Position numbers and translations under genes: made by a program. A model generated the notes under the pieces. That model was not told where the DNA came from. It was given only the letters and a program-made list of their open reading frames with translations, and ran no database searches. From the NCBI RefSeq assembly GCF_018350175.1, contig NC_058368.1:117864001-117928000 (forward strand): a stretch of 64,000 nucleotides of DNA, given 5' to 3'. This document shows positions 11,166 to 23,875 of this stretch, piece by piece. This DNA comes from Felis catus. Its lineage: Eukaryota. Position 1 is the first letter of the stretch. Each line of letters opens with the position of its first letter.

Positions 11166-13557
11166 TAGGCACACCTCATTTTATTGTGCTTCACTATATT
11201 GTGCTTCATGGCCACTGCATTTTTTTACACATTGAAGGTTTGTGGCAATCCTGTGTTGAACAAATCTATTGGTACCATTTTTCTAATAGCATTTGCTCAC
11301 TTTGTGTCTCTGGGTCACATTTTGGTAATTCTCTCAATATTTCAAACTTTTTTGTTATCATTATATTTGTTATGGTGGCCCATGGTCATTGGTGTATTAC
11401 TACTACTATCGTAATTGTTTTGGGGTGCCAGGAGCCACTCCCATATAAAATGGCAAACATAATCAATCAGTGTGGTTTTAACTGCTGCACCAGCCAGCCA
11501 TTTACCCATGTATTGCCCTCTCCTCAGTCTTCCCTATTCCCTGAGACATAACAATACTGAAATTAGGCTAGTTAATAATCCTACAATGACCTCTAAATAT
11601 TCTAATTATGAAAAGAATAATAGCACGTCTCTCCCTTAAAAGTTCAAAGTGAGTAAGCTTCATGCAGAAGGCATGACGAAAGCCAAGATAGGTCGAAAGC
11701 TAGGCGTCTTGAACCGCATGGTTAGTCACGTTGTGAACGCAAAGAAGAGTTCTTAAAGGAAGTTGAAAGTGCTACTCCAGTGAACATATACATGATAAGA
11801 AAACGAAACAGTCTTACTGCTAGTACAGAGTAAGTTTTAGTGGTCCGGAGAGAAAATTAAACCATTCACAACATGCCATTAAACCAGTGCCTAACTTCCG
11901 TCAAAGCCCTAACTCTTTTCAATTCTGTGGAGGCTGAGAGAGCTGAGGAAGGTGCAGAAGAAAAGTTTGATGTTGGTTTGTGAAGTTTAAGGAAGTTAAG
12001 GAAGAAAGCCATCTCCATAACATACAAAGTCCATGTGAGGCAGCAAGTCCTGATGGAGAAGCTGTAGAAGATCTAACTAAGTCATGAAGGTGGTTATACC
12101 AAACAACAGGTTTTACTGTAGACCAAACAGCCCTCTACTGGAAGAAGATGCTGTCTAGGACTTTCACAGCTAGAGAGAAGTCCATGCCTGGCTTCAAAGC
12201 TCCAAAGCACAGGCTGACTCCCCTGACAGGGGCTAATGAAGTTGGTGACTTTAAGGTGAAACTAGTGCTCATTGACCATTCTAAAATTCCCAAGGCCCTT
12301 AAGAATGATGCTAAATATACTCTACCTGTGCTGTATAAATGGAAGAACAAAGCCTGGGCGACAGCACATCTGTTTACAACATGGTTTACTGAATATTTTA
12401 AGCTTAATGTAGTTTATTGAGAGTTTAATGGTCTCTTATTGTTGAGACCTACTGCTCAGAAAAAAAGATTCCTTTCAAAGTATTATTGCTCATTGACAAT
12501 GCATCTGGTCACCCAAGAGCTCTGATGGGAATGTACAGTGAGATTAATGTTGTTTTCATGCCTGCTAACATAACATCCACCCTGCAGCCCATGGATCAAG
12601 GAGTCATTTTGACTTTCGGGTCTTATTGTTGAAGAAATACATTTCATAAGGCTATAGATGCCATAGATAGTGATTCCTCTGATGGGTCTGGGCAAAGCAA
12701 ATGGAAAACCTTCTGGAAAGGATTCACCGTTCTGGATTGCCATTTAGGACATTTGTGATTCATGGGAACAGGTCAGAATATTCACAGGAATTCAGAAGTT
12801 GATTCCAACCCTCATGGATGACTTTGAGAGATTCCTGCCCTCAATGGAGGAAATAACTGCAGATGTGATGGAAATAGCAAGAGAATTAGAAGTGGAGCCT
12901 GAAGATGTGACTGCATTGCATGTGTGATCTCCTAATAAAACTTTAACAGATGAGGAACTGCTTTTTATGGATGAGCAGAGAAAGTGGTTTCTTGAGATGG
13001 AATCTCCTGATGAAAACACTCTGGAGATTGTTGAGTTAACAACAAAAGATTTAGAATATTGCATAAAGTTACTTGATAAAGCGGCAGCAAGGTTTGAGAG
13101 GATTGACTTCAATTTTGAAAGAAGTTCTGTGGGTAAAATGCTGTCAAACAGCGTCACGTGCTACAGAGGAATCCTTTGTGAAAAAGAGTCCAGTGATGCA
13201 GCAGACTTCATTATTGTCTTATTTTAAGAAATTTCCATGGCCACCCCTAGCCTTTGGCAAAGATTACCCTGATCAATCAACAGACACCAACATGGCAAGA
13301 CCCTCCACTAGCAAAAAGATTGTAAGTTGCTGATAGCTCAGATGATGGTTAATATTTTTTAGCAATAAGTTTTTTCAATTAAGGTATATTCATTGCTCTT
13401 TTAGACATAATGCTTTTGCATACTTAATAGACTACAGTAGAGTATAAACATAACCTCTGTCTATTAGGAAACCAAAAACTTCATTTGACTTGCCTTAGTG
13501 TGATACTTTATTGAAGTGGTCTGCATCCACACCCTCAGTATCTCCAAGCTATGCTTA
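11166..13557 (+). mobile_element. Full-length Tigger1 (TcMar-Tigger/pogo) DNA transposon
   Basis: Degenerate TIRs (taggcacacctc... / ...ccaagctatgctta), TA at 11164-65 and 13558-59, length 2392 bp, transposase homology throughout. Confidence 0.96.
11586..13333 (+). pseudogene. Disrupted Tigger1 transposase (CENP-B/pogo DDD family, TIGD1-like)
   Basis: ATG at 11586; fragment 12148-12420 SRTFTAREKSMPGFKA...KAWATAHLFTTWFTEYFK; LLIDNA...QPMDQG; C-terminal [13 protein letters not shown]; multiple stops and frameshifts. Confidence 0.92.
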
Positions 13558-14438
13558 TAGAGTGGGGAAGGTATCAATGCAGGGCCTGGTATGAGGGGTT
13601 AGGGTCCAAGCAGAGTGAGGAACATGCTCATGTGGGTGGGAGTTGTCCAGCACGAGATTCAGAGGGTGAGAAGGGTATCCAGGAGAAAGGATGGTGATGA
13701 CAGATTGGTGATATCAGGGAGAGTGATCAAATAAGTAAATATGTTAGGACTAATGAGAGCCAGGTTTCCTACTGTGAGAGAAGAGAGAATTATGGAGAGG
13801 GAGGAAACTTAAAAGAACCCCATCGTGTTGGATTGGAATTGGAGATATCTATCAGAACTCATGGCTTTCAATACCTAGGTAGATTATAGATACAACTGTC
13901 CACGACAACTCACTAGCAATGAACACAACTAGCACCCACATCTTGGCTTCTAAATATCATTTTCCACCAGCAGGAACTACGCATCCTTAGAGAAATGGTA
14001 ATTCCTGGATTAGGGCATGGAAAGTACGAGAAGACCCTGGAACATCTTGTGCCAGAAAGCTAGGATGTGTTCAAAAAATAATTGGGAAATGTCAAGTGGA
14101 CACAGAAACCAGCTTGAAAGAGCTCCTGCTGGCCAAGTCTGGGACAATATGAACATCGGAGTAAATAATGATAGTGAGAGATTATAACCTGCTGACTGAA
14201 TTAGGAAACTGTGACTCCATACTAATATAATTTAATAAGTGCATGTTTACATAGTTTTAAACATTCTCTCCACAAGATATTTTTAAGTATAAAGGAGGAA
14301 AAGAGTAACTTTATAGTGATGTCAGGTAGACATCACATCAGTCAAATGATCAAAGTGAGTACCATCAGCAATGGGACAAAATGAAATGCTCTGTTGATAG
14401 AATGCAATAAGAACATAGCCTCACTTCTCCGATACTCT

Positions 14439-14616
14439 CTTTAAATATATTTTTAATGTTTATTTATTTTTGACAGAAAGAGAGAGAGAGTGAACAGGGT
14501 AGGGGCAGAGAGCGGGGGTGGACAGAGGATCTAAAGCAGAGCCCAATGTGGGGCTCGAACTCAGGACCTGGAGATCATGACCTGAGCCAAAGTCAGATGC
14601 TCAACCAAGCACCCCT
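14439..14616 (-). mobile_element. CanSINE (feliform SINEC)
   Basis: Antisense SINE body; TSD acttctccgatactct (14423-14438) / acttctctgatattct (14617-14632). Confidence 0.92.
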
Positions 14617-14799
14617 ACTTCTCTGATATTCTTTACAAAGATGCATAAGAAGACCTTTATCGTTAGGACCAAATTATCATTCTGCAAAATAATGGACCTG
14701 TAATCTTCAAAAGTGTTGAGGTTGTGAAGGCTGAAGACCTGTTCTAAATTGAGGAGACTAAAAAGACGTGACACTGTGTGTGATTCTGAATGGTCTCTG

Positions 14800-15100
14800 A
14801 GCCATCAGGTTTCGGCTGATCTGTTGGTCTTGGCTCCAGGCTGTGTGTTGAATCCAGGTCTGCACCATGTGTCTCTTTTCCTCCTCAAATCGGGAGATAC
14901 TGCATGCCCATTCTTTTCATGATGAAAAAGCAAGTCACGCCCAACTGCACAATCGTATTTCGAGTTTTGCTCACTTCACGTATGAAAACTAATTCAAGTC
15001 ACAGGGCTGAGCCCAGGGTCAAGGGTGAAAAGGCACATTCTGCTCTCCATGAAAGCATAACAAAGATATGGATGTATGCTACTGCTACTATAGGCAGATT
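14800..15100 (-). mobile_element. MaLR LTR fragment (MLT1-type)
   Basis: 'caggtctgcaccatgtgtctc', 'caagtcacagggctgagcccagggtcaaggg'. Confidence 0.45.
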
Positions 15101-15679
15101 AAGAACTGAGACTAGTAATCGAACTTGCTACACTTACTGTGTGCCTGAACCATTTCTAGGGACACTCTATGACCTGGGAATTCCCATATGTTAGTGCCAA
15201 TCACGCTGCTGAACTCCAGGAAGATGTTTATCTTGATAGATTAATTGCTGCCAAGGGTGTTTCTATCCACGTTGGGGAGGAGACCAAAATTACCATGTCA
15301 TTGTTCCCTACCTGTGTTGGTTCCAGGCACAGATAGGCTCCCTGTTAAAATGTAAAATGTGTCAACTTTTGGACTCATTAGTTTATTTTTCTGTCCTGGA
15401 GAATAATTGCAGATGTAGTTAAAAAAAAAAAAAAAAGGCTATGAATGAGGGCGCTTATAGCATATAGTTTATAAGAGTGACAAAGTATAACTTGCCAAAG
15501 GTCTTTCAATAGAAGAGTTAAGTAAACTGGTATTTCCATGGTAGTTAAAAAGAATGAAGAATGAAGTATAGTTATGTGTTCTTATCGGTAGAAGACAGAC
15601 CACTAGGAGGTACAACGTACACGTACGTGTGTGTGTGTGATGGGTATTTGACTTTACACATTTGGCAGAGCTGGTTGAA

Positions 15680-16112
15680 CAGCCTTTGTAAGGCTGTTTT
15701 TTCTCATCTGATGCTGGAATATCCACAGGGCAAGTAGGCAGAGAAGAGCAATGTAAGTAAATTGGGAGCAGCAAGGACCAGCTGGAGCCCACTAAAATCC
15801 ATGTCAGCCTCATTGCCTCCAACTACGGACCTTTAGGAGAAGCTGGCCAGGTCCCGGAGGTGGAGGGGCTGGTAGAGGATGTGGGGAAGAGGTGGAGCAG
15901 CTCCAGGCAGCGTGCACGCCTTGCAAAAGCACCCCATGACCCTGCTCTCACCTTCCAAGAGTTAGAAGGAACATGGTTGCTGCATCACATCGGCCCTTCA
16001 CATCGCAGCAAAGAAATATCTCCTAGCCCATTCTAAGTGGAAACATACAGGGAAGGGAAATCCGGAGACTACTTCAGCCTTGCCAGATTGCTGCATCACA
16101 AAGCTACCATGT
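15680..16112 (-). mobile_element. ERVL-class LTR fragment (LTR52-like), related to the 60962-61563 copy
   Basis: End 'atacagggaagggaaatccggagactacttcagccttgccagattg' is reverse-complement-similar to 'tagctaagctagaactgtgtctccgagaattcccttc' at about 60981. Confidence 0.5.
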
Positions 16113-17135
16113 TGCTGTTAGGGGAAGATTTCCAAAACCTATTGATGTGTGAAAAATGCAAGTTTTGGGTATTGTGGACATATGTTTTAAAAAATACTTC
16201 CACAAAAATTATTTCCATCTGTACACATCTAGGTGTGTGCATGCCTAGAGACAGATTTGGAAAGAACACTGACCATGGTCACCTCTGAAAGGAGATTGTA
16301 GCTGGGGAAGGGGGTGTCAAGGGGACTGGGTTTATCCAGCTTCAACTGTAATTGGAAGTAAGCAAAAAGAAAAAGAAAATCCCCTTCTGTATAAATCATT
16401 TCTTACATTAAGGGTGGGAGGGCTTTACTTCTTTATAAGGGCCCTAGTTTTTAGTACTTTAAAACTAAAGTACTAATAATAAAGTAGATCTTGCAGGACA
16501 CTCCAAGGGATATATAGATAGTCAAACGCTTATTCTAGTATCCCTCTATTCCCTATGTCCTAATCAGCACGGTGAGGCTTTACCACCCCACTTAGCTTCT
16601 GAGAGGTGGGGAGACCCCCAGGGCTTCGGCTTGTAGCCAGTCGGCAGTGGTGAAGTGCAGTGATAGTGCCAGGACTTTCTGTAGGGAGTTGAGGCACAGC
16701 TCCCTCTCTTTTTTCAGTAGTGATGTTAAATAGCAAGCCAGCACAATTTTTGAATAGATGTTTCTCCCCAGAACTTTGCTCGTGTAATGGATTCCCCTGG
16801 AGAACTACTGGGAGTCCTCTTTCCATGGACTCTGCCTGCAGAGCTCTGTAGGGTTTACTCAAGAACAGTAGTCTCAACTACTTTTCAAGAGAGGGAAACA
16901 AATAGATGGTGAGTGTCAAGAGTGTGCAGTCCCCTGGAACAGGGGACCTCCAGACCATGTCCCAGGCCCAGAGGACTGCCTCTCTTGTGGGGCTACCCCC
17001 ATCTCCTGTCTTCTGGGAAGCCTTCAGGTGCTTTCTCCCAGATAAAGCATCTGCCGCCTTTTTTTTTTTTTTTTTTTCTGTTGAATTCTCAACCATGCTT
17101 CAGTTCTTAGGGGAGAAGTTTCTCATTAGCCAAAA

Positions 17136-17556
17136 TGGGTTTGATTTCTCCTTCATCACCCTCATCTCCCTTCAGGGCAACACTCACTGCCCAGCTGTGG
17201 GGCCATCAGCAGCCAGTGTCTAGCTGTCGACTCCCTCAGAGTCTGCCTCAGCTTTCAGAACCTGTCTCACCCAAGGTCATACCCTTTTCAGGGCTACCAC
17301 ATCTGGTGGCCTGGTGAGGCGAGGGTGTGAAGGCCCTGCCATTTCCACGTGACAAGGACAGCTCTGGTACAGCATTTGCTCCAGAGCTCCCTGCTGGCTT
17401 TGCCAGCCATTTGACGGGCCTGCACTACAGCTTGACTTCTCCCTCTGGCCGTTTCTGCTTCTGCCTTCTTCCTTTCACAGACATTGATCTGCAGTAAACA
17501 TCTTACATCCCAAACTCCTTATCAGCATGTACTTCTGGACAACCCAACCTGTAGTA
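17136..17556 (+). mobile_element. ERV-L 5' LTR (LTR16-like)
   Basis: LTR16-type 3' end 'cagtaaacatcttacatcccaaactcc...acttctggacaacccaacctgtagta' directly followed by ERV-L internal sequence. Confidence 0.7.
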
Positions 17557-19300
17557 TTTGGGACAGGGAATGATCCAAGAGAGCAGCCGATAAGGTGGGG
17601 TTTGGAGCTGGATCCCTTATGCCAAGGCTGAGCATGGGTAGGGGTGGAGCACAGGCATCCCCTGGGATGAAGTGGTGGCCTGTTAGTTCACCTGGTGGTG
17701 AAGTGAGCGGATGTGCTGGTACACAGGGGAGATGTTTGGAGAGGAATGGAGTTCATACAACTGTGTGGATAGAGGTGTGGGATGGCTCTACGGAGCCCCA
17801 CTGATGGTCTGCAGGAAGGTAATGGACAGCTACAGGTCAGGAACAGGCAACGGAAAGGCTGGTGTGAGAGCCAGTAGGCTTCTTGGTTACATACAAAGCA
17901 GTACTAATCTCTCTTAGCAGAGGACAGACACCAACCGAAGCAGTTCTGTTGTGCCAAGGTCGAGACCCTATTGGGGAAAAACCTAGGACCCTGACATGTG
18001 GGATGCAGATGCCTATGTGGCCACCCCAGCAGACTGTGTTCACAGAGTCCGCTGAACTGTCAGAGCCCACAGAAGTGGCCAGCCCTCCCTAGTAAGAGTT
18101 AGCACTCTCCCTGTGTTGGATAACAATGCAAGGGCCTCTCTCCCAAAGGCAATACGTACCTCTAGGTTCAGCCCTTACCTTCCCTCCTGGTCACTTGGTT
18201 TGAAATTAAGGTTCAGTCACAGCATAACCCAGCTGAAGATGTGATAGGCCTGACAGGGGAGGAAAGGGACCATCCCATGAAGGGTGCAGGACAGAGCCAG
18301 GCAGTGCCCTTGGGGGCCAAAGGGTACACAGAGGCCTGGATATGAGGGTGTCAGATATCAGACACCAGAGCATAGTGTTGGATGGGAAAGAGTTTGACAT
18401 TGGTGTGCTCTCTGGAGGTGCAGGACCCTGGGAGGTGGTGCTGTCTCACTATTAGGATGCTTCTAGAGGCATGGAGAAAGCAACAACCCCAAGCCGATCA
18501 AAGTTGAAATGCTAGAATTGCCATGGCAGATGGTGGAAGAAGGAATGAAAGGCACTGGGAGGTAGGTGTGCTGAAATGGATGGAGTCAATAGCCAGGACG
18601 CCGCCTAAACATGTGGTCCCCAGGAGGGTTCAGAGGACATATCATTGACCAATGGTGTAAAGGCATTTCGTGGTGGCTCTCCTTTGTAGGTCAGGGCTGA
18701 GGGTGGAGTGGTTGTTATAGAATTAGTCTCCCTGTTAGCAGTGTTGATGATAGGATCTGAAATAATAGAGGTTGGGGACTGTGCTTTAACCTCCAGAAGC
18801 CAGGGACCACAAAGGTTGTGATGGTTAGCAAAACTAAAGTGGTAGACAAGGAGGCCTGACAGAAAGTTACAGAGATGGTTATTACAGTGTCTCTAGGGGC
18901 AAGTAGCTGGATAGTTGATAAGGGTGCTGTTCAGCTTGTACTAGCAGAAGAAATCAAGGAAAGGTGAATAGAAGATTGAGGTCCAATGAGAAGATAAGAT
19001 TCCTTGCCTGGTTTCCAGGCCTAAGCAAGTTTTTTGACCTGCAAGCCACTGACTGAAGAGGAAAGAAAAACCCTGTCCTTCTCTCAAAGGACCTATGGCC
19101 ATGTCTTTAGGTCATTGTGCACTAGGGAACTGGGATTACCTAGATATTTGAAGAATTTTGGATACAAGGTCTGAGTTGGAGATCTACTGATACCCAGAGA
19201 CTTGAAGTGTTGTCATGGTTCCCCTGTTTTGTGGGGGCAGAGGGGTCCAAGTAATAAATGGAGTCCTGACCAAGATCCAGCTTATGGTAGGTCTGCCTGG
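17557..19300 (+). pseudogene. ERV-L internal remnant (ERV3-16A3_I-like): decayed gag and protease
   Basis: gag-like EAWRK...VEMLELPWQMVEEGMK...EVGVLKW at about 18466-18579; protease motif LDTRSEL (19158-19178; DTG changed to DTR) followed by QVINGVL; many stops and frameshifts. Confidence 0.78.
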
Positions 19301-19707
19301 ATGCCACCACTACCAATGGGCATTTCTCCCCATCCCCACCCTGCCTTCCTACCCTCTTGATTTACAGTTGCTTGAGAATAGGACCAGTATCTTTGAATTC
19401 CCCATTACTGCCTGGCATGATGCCTGGCATGCATCATGGGGTAGGTACTTAATAACTACCAGATAAATTGAAGCTTTTCTTGACCACTGAAGAAAACTGG
19501 ATGGTAGCCATACCTCACCTTGATGCTTAGAGCTTCTAATATATATTCTGCACATCTGTAGTTATTATTTTTTTAAAAACTTTTAATTTTGGAATTCTAG
19601 ACTTACCAGAAGTTGCAAAAATAGTACAGAGAGGTCCTGCCCATTCCTTTTACCTTTCATCCAACTTCCCCAGTGGTAGCATCTTACATAACTAAAGTAC
19701 ATTAACA

Positions 19708-19911
19708 GGAGCACCCAGGTAGCTCAGTTGGTTAAGCATCCAACTCTTGGTTTCTGCTCAGGTCATGATCTCACAGTTGGTGAGTTCGAGCCCTGCATTG
19801 GGCTCAGCACTGACAGCTCGAATGCTGCTTGGGATTCTCTCTCTGTCTCTCTCTGCCCCTCCCCTGCTTGCTCTCTAACTCCCTCAAAAATAAATAAATA
19901 AACATTTTTAA
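19708..19911 (+). mobile_element. CanSINE
   Basis: Head, B-box, CT tract and AATAAA tail; TSD aaagtacattaa / aaagtatattaa. Confidence 0.93.
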
Positions 19912-20910
19912 AAAGTATATTAAACCAGGAAATAGATACAGCTATAATACTTTTTATTAGATTCCAGAGCTTGTTTGGATTTCACCAGTTTTTATGTGCA
20001 CTTTTGTATGTATCCGTAGTTGTATTAAATTTTTATCACCTGTAGAGATATGTGTAACTACCACTGCAGTGAGGATACACCCTCCCATCACCCCAAAGGA
20101 ACTCCCTCAGCTACTCCTTTATGGTCATGTCTTATCCTCATCCTTAATCCCTGGCGACCATTGATCTGTTCTCCATCTTTATAATCTTGTCATGTGAACA
20201 TAAGTTTTCGTTTATTTGGGATAAATAAATGCCTAAGAGTTTGATTGCTGGGTCAACGTGGTAAGTGTGTTTAAATTTTATTTGAAACTGCTAGCCTATT
20301 TTCCTGACTGGCTGGACCATTTCCATTTCTACTACGAGTGTCTGAGAGCTGCACATCCTCTCCAGCACTTGGTAGAGTCTGTGTTTAGCTGTTCTCATAG
20401 GTGTATAGAGGAATGTCACTGTGGATTTAATGTGCATTTCACAATTTGTGGATGACATTGAACACCTTTTCATGTGCTTGTTTTCCACCTGCATGTTCTC
20501 TTTGGTGAAGTGTCTTTTGAAGTCTTTTGTCCATTGTCTAGTTGGACCCTTCATCTTCTTACAGCTGAATTTAAAGAGGTTTTTTTTAAAGTTATTTTTA
20601 TATTCTGTATACAAGTCTTTTGTCAGAAATGTGATTTGTAAACATTTTCTCCCTTTCTGTGGTTTGTCTTTTCATCCTCTTAACAGTCTTTTGCAGAGAA
20701 AAATTTTAAGTTTTGATAAAGTCTACTTTATTAGTTTTCTTTTATGGATTGTGATTTTGGTGTCAGATCTAAGAACTCTTCACCTAACTCTAGTTGATTA
20801 AGATTTTCTCCCATGTTTCCTTCTAAAAGTTTTATATTTTATATTTAGAGCTCCTATCCATCTTGAATTAATTTTTATATAAGGTGTGAGATTTAGCTTG
20901 AGGTTTTTTC

Positions 20911-21101
20911 TTTTTTTTTTAATGTTTATTTTTCAGAGAGAGTGAGCAAGCACAATTGGGGATGGGCAGAGAGAGAGGGTAACAGAAGGTATGAGGCGGG
21001 CTCTGCTTCACAGGGCTTCGCAGGGCTCAAAGTCGTGAACCCTGAGATCACGACCTGAGCCAAAGTTGGATATTTACCTGACTGCGCCATGCAGCCACCC
21101 C
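20911..21101 (-). mobile_element. CanSINE
   Basis: Antisense body; TSD ttgaggttttttc / ttgtgttttttt. Confidence 0.9.
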
Positions 21102-21274
21102 TTGTGTTTTTTTCTTTTTGCTCATGAATGCCTGAAGCAATGATTCTAAGACCACATGTTGAATACTCTCATTTATTGATTACTTTTTTCCAAATAACTA
21201 CCTTTTTCACTACCGAAATAGAGCAAGAATAGGTACCTCATCTATGCCTCTTGGCATCTTTCTCTGAACTTAGT

Positions 21275-21560
21275 ATTTCAACCAATCAAAAAGTATTAAT
21301 TGAATACACATTATATGCTGGAAATTAGACTAGGTGCTTAGAATACGTATGTTGTCACGGAGCTCATCACCTAGTGGAGGAGACAGACCATAGACAATCA
21401 AAAAATACATAGTTAACATCGTGATGAAGTTCTCTGAAGGAAAAGAAAACCTTACAGTTACAAAGAACAGTGAGGAAAGAAGGTCTGCCAACATGGTGAG
21501 GGAGATGCACTCAGGAGAAGTTACATGTAAGCTGGGACTTTAAGATCTGTGATATCATTG
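21275..21560 (-). mobile_element. L2 3' fragment
   Basis: 'gtattaattgaatacacattatatgctgg...ggagctcatcacctagtggaggagacagac'. Confidence 0.6.
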
Positions 21561-22964
21561 TGAACATGATGAAGCAAGAGGGGTGAGGACAAGCCCTAAC
21601 TTTTCATTGTTCCAGCCCGTTGTCCATCTCAACACCATCCAAATCCCACAGCTAAAAAAGGAACCTGAAGGTATTTATCATTTTATATTCTAAAATTCAA
21701 AGTGAGCCCAGTCTGGGAGGAGAATGCAAGGGCATCCCCAGCGTCAGCTTCCTTCATGATTGATTGTCTGTAGCCCAGCATGGTTTTGTGGTTCTTCTTG
21801 GATTTTGGATGTTCATAAAACCAGCTGCCAGCTGCCTGCCTGCCATGTGGGCCAGGCTCTGCGGGACAGGTGCCTTGCTGGGAACTGCGTAGACTGACAG
21901 GGTCCAACACAGCCAGTCTGAAAGCCTCCTGATTGGCTACGTAGAGCATTTCCCCAGGCCAAGGAGGGAAACCCAAACTACCAAGCTACCAACTATGCCT
22001 GCTAGAGAATGAGGAGGAGACAGGCAGGATTTCACACTACCATCTATTTGGGGTTCTCAGTGGGCTTCCAAGGCCTCCACCCTCTCTAGGCTTTGCCCTT
22101 CAGCACCCAGATATCCAGAAGCCTGGTGGCACTTAGCACATGCCTGGCACAGAGGAGTCACCCTCCATTATTCCAGGGCATTCTCAGCCTATGTGTATTT
22201 TGGAAGGTGCAGTAGTCTGGGGAATACCGGTCGAGCAGTTTCTTTTTCTCCCTGGGTGCTGTCAGCCAGTAAGAACTTTTAAGCAGAGACAAAAATTGTT
22301 GCTTTTAATATTCAGGGGCATTCAGATCTTTGTTGAAGGACCTGGCAGGGCCTCACGTTGCTGGTGGGGGGAGAACAGTGGAGTCCAAGTGCCTTGGTCC
22401 TGGCCCTCTGGGAATGTGGCCTGCCAGCTCTGGGACTGGGGGGGTCCTGTTCCAGCTCTGTCGTCTCTGGATAATTTAACCCCACAGTTGCCTTGGTTAC
22501 ACAGGCTGAATCTCAGTGAGCCCCGTTACTCATTACCTCTCCCTGGACTTGGTCTGACAGGCAGCCATGGCTCCTGGCTGTTTGTCTGCTACCCAGACTC
22601 ACCTCTCTGGGGATGTGTCTCCCAGCTTCTGAGCGCAGCCTGGGGTGGGGGTCAGTCTCTTCTTTCTCTTCTTGTACTTGACACTTCCCTCAGACTTGAC
22701 ATTTGTTTCCTAACACCTCCCTATCTTGCTGGCCCTGAAGGCAGGCCCTTCTCTTACTCCTCTCCTTGGAAACCAGAGACACTAGGATCCTGAGAATGGC
22801 CAGGGACTGGGGTGTGGCCTACAGATTACCCATTGTGTTTGTGACACATTATCTGCCCATTTCCTTATAGCCCCTCACTGCAGGGTCCCTGGGTCATCAG
22901 GGTCCTGCACTGGTGCACCTCCCAGAGGCCTAGGCAATATGCCAAGCCTCACGTAAGCTCCAGA

Positions 22965-23875
22965 GAACTGGCCTAAGCACCAGACTGCCTAGGTTCTAAC
23001 CCTGAAGCCACCCAATTTGTGATCTTGTACAAGTCACATGACCTTGCTGAGGGTTAGTCTCTTTTATGTAAGAGGAACAATAGCACCAGCCCTCAAAGGA
23101 TTATTTTAGAGATTAGATAGGATAATGTATATAACATGCTTGGCACAGTGCTTGGTACATAGTAAGTGCTCAGTAAATAGTAGTCATCGTCTTTGTCATT
23201 CCTTTCAGAATGTGCTCGTCTTATGTTCTCCTCCTGAAGCTTGGTCTTCCTGCTCAATGACTACTAGTGAATTAGCGAGTTAAGATATTAACACTAACCA
23301 CAGAAAATCCCTATCCAGCACTTTCTTTTGGCCAGATACTGTCTAAACTTTTGACATTTCACTGAATTCTCCTAGCACCTCTCCAAGATAGGTGCTATTA
23401 TTATGCCCAAATAAGGTAAGGCAAATGAGACACAGAGAGATCAAATGAGCTGCCTGAGGATACATTGCTAGTGAATGGCAGATCCAGGATTCAAACCCAG
23501 GGAATCTGGCTCCAAATTACAGTCTTACTAACTTGACACACTTGAGTTGCTTCCCCCAGAAAACGCAGGACACTGGAAGGACCTGTCTCAGACATGCAAG
23601 GAATGATGGGCAGTCTGGGTCGTTAGTGCTTTTCCTACACTGGTGTGTCTGCAGCAGCTCACTGCTTGCAAAGCATTTTGGGACACGTGAGGCATTTTCA
23701 TACACCTGCACATTATCTGCCTCTTCTAGCAATCAGGTGGGGTGGGCAGGAGAGAGTAATTGTTATTTCTATTTTACAAGAAAAGGTGAAGCAACTTGCC
23801 CAAGGTCACGCAGCTAACGCCAGATTACAGGTCTTCAGTCTCTGGGTATAAATTCTTGCTCCCATACTATCCTGC
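22965..23875. mobile_element. Three MIR fragments (about 22965-23190 +, 23290-23530 -, 23690-23875 -)
   Basis: MIR cores 'ggcacagtgcttggtacatagtaagtgctcagtaaat', 'caggattcaaacccagggaatctggctcca', 'gcaacttgcccaaggtcacgcagct'. Confidence 0.75.

Larger units (their letters stand above)
10848..14790 (+). mobile_element. L1MC-type 3' region, split by Tigger1 (11166-13557) and a SINE (14439-14616)
   Basis: 'ccttagagaaatggtaattcctgg...gaacatcttgtgccagaaagc...ggccaagtctgggacaat' matches the recalled L1MC 3' UTR; related GA-rich degenerate repeats lie on both sides of the Tigger1. Confidence 0.65.
19565..21165 (-). mobile_element. L1 (L1MB/L1MC-type) 3' end and ORF2 C-terminus, carrying two SINE insertions
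   Basis: ORF 20291-20614 (-) QWTKDFKRHFTKENMQVENKHMKRCS...EMHIKST matches the L1 ORF2 C-terminus; 3' UTR 'agttgcaaaaatagtacagagagg'. Confidence 0.88.

Noticed and set aside
11586..13333. Domesticated TIGD1-like gene
   Set aside because: Multiple stops, frameshifts and an insertion, inside intact transposon ends; a dead transposon copy, not a host gene.
15619..15630. 12-bp palindrome ACACGTACGTGT
   Set aside because: Part of a degenerate purine-pyrimidine microsatellite; not informative.
22140..22793. 217-aa ORF on the + strand
   Set aside because: No recognisable domain, Leu/Trp/Pro/Gly-rich composition typical of non-coding frames, no convincing exon context.
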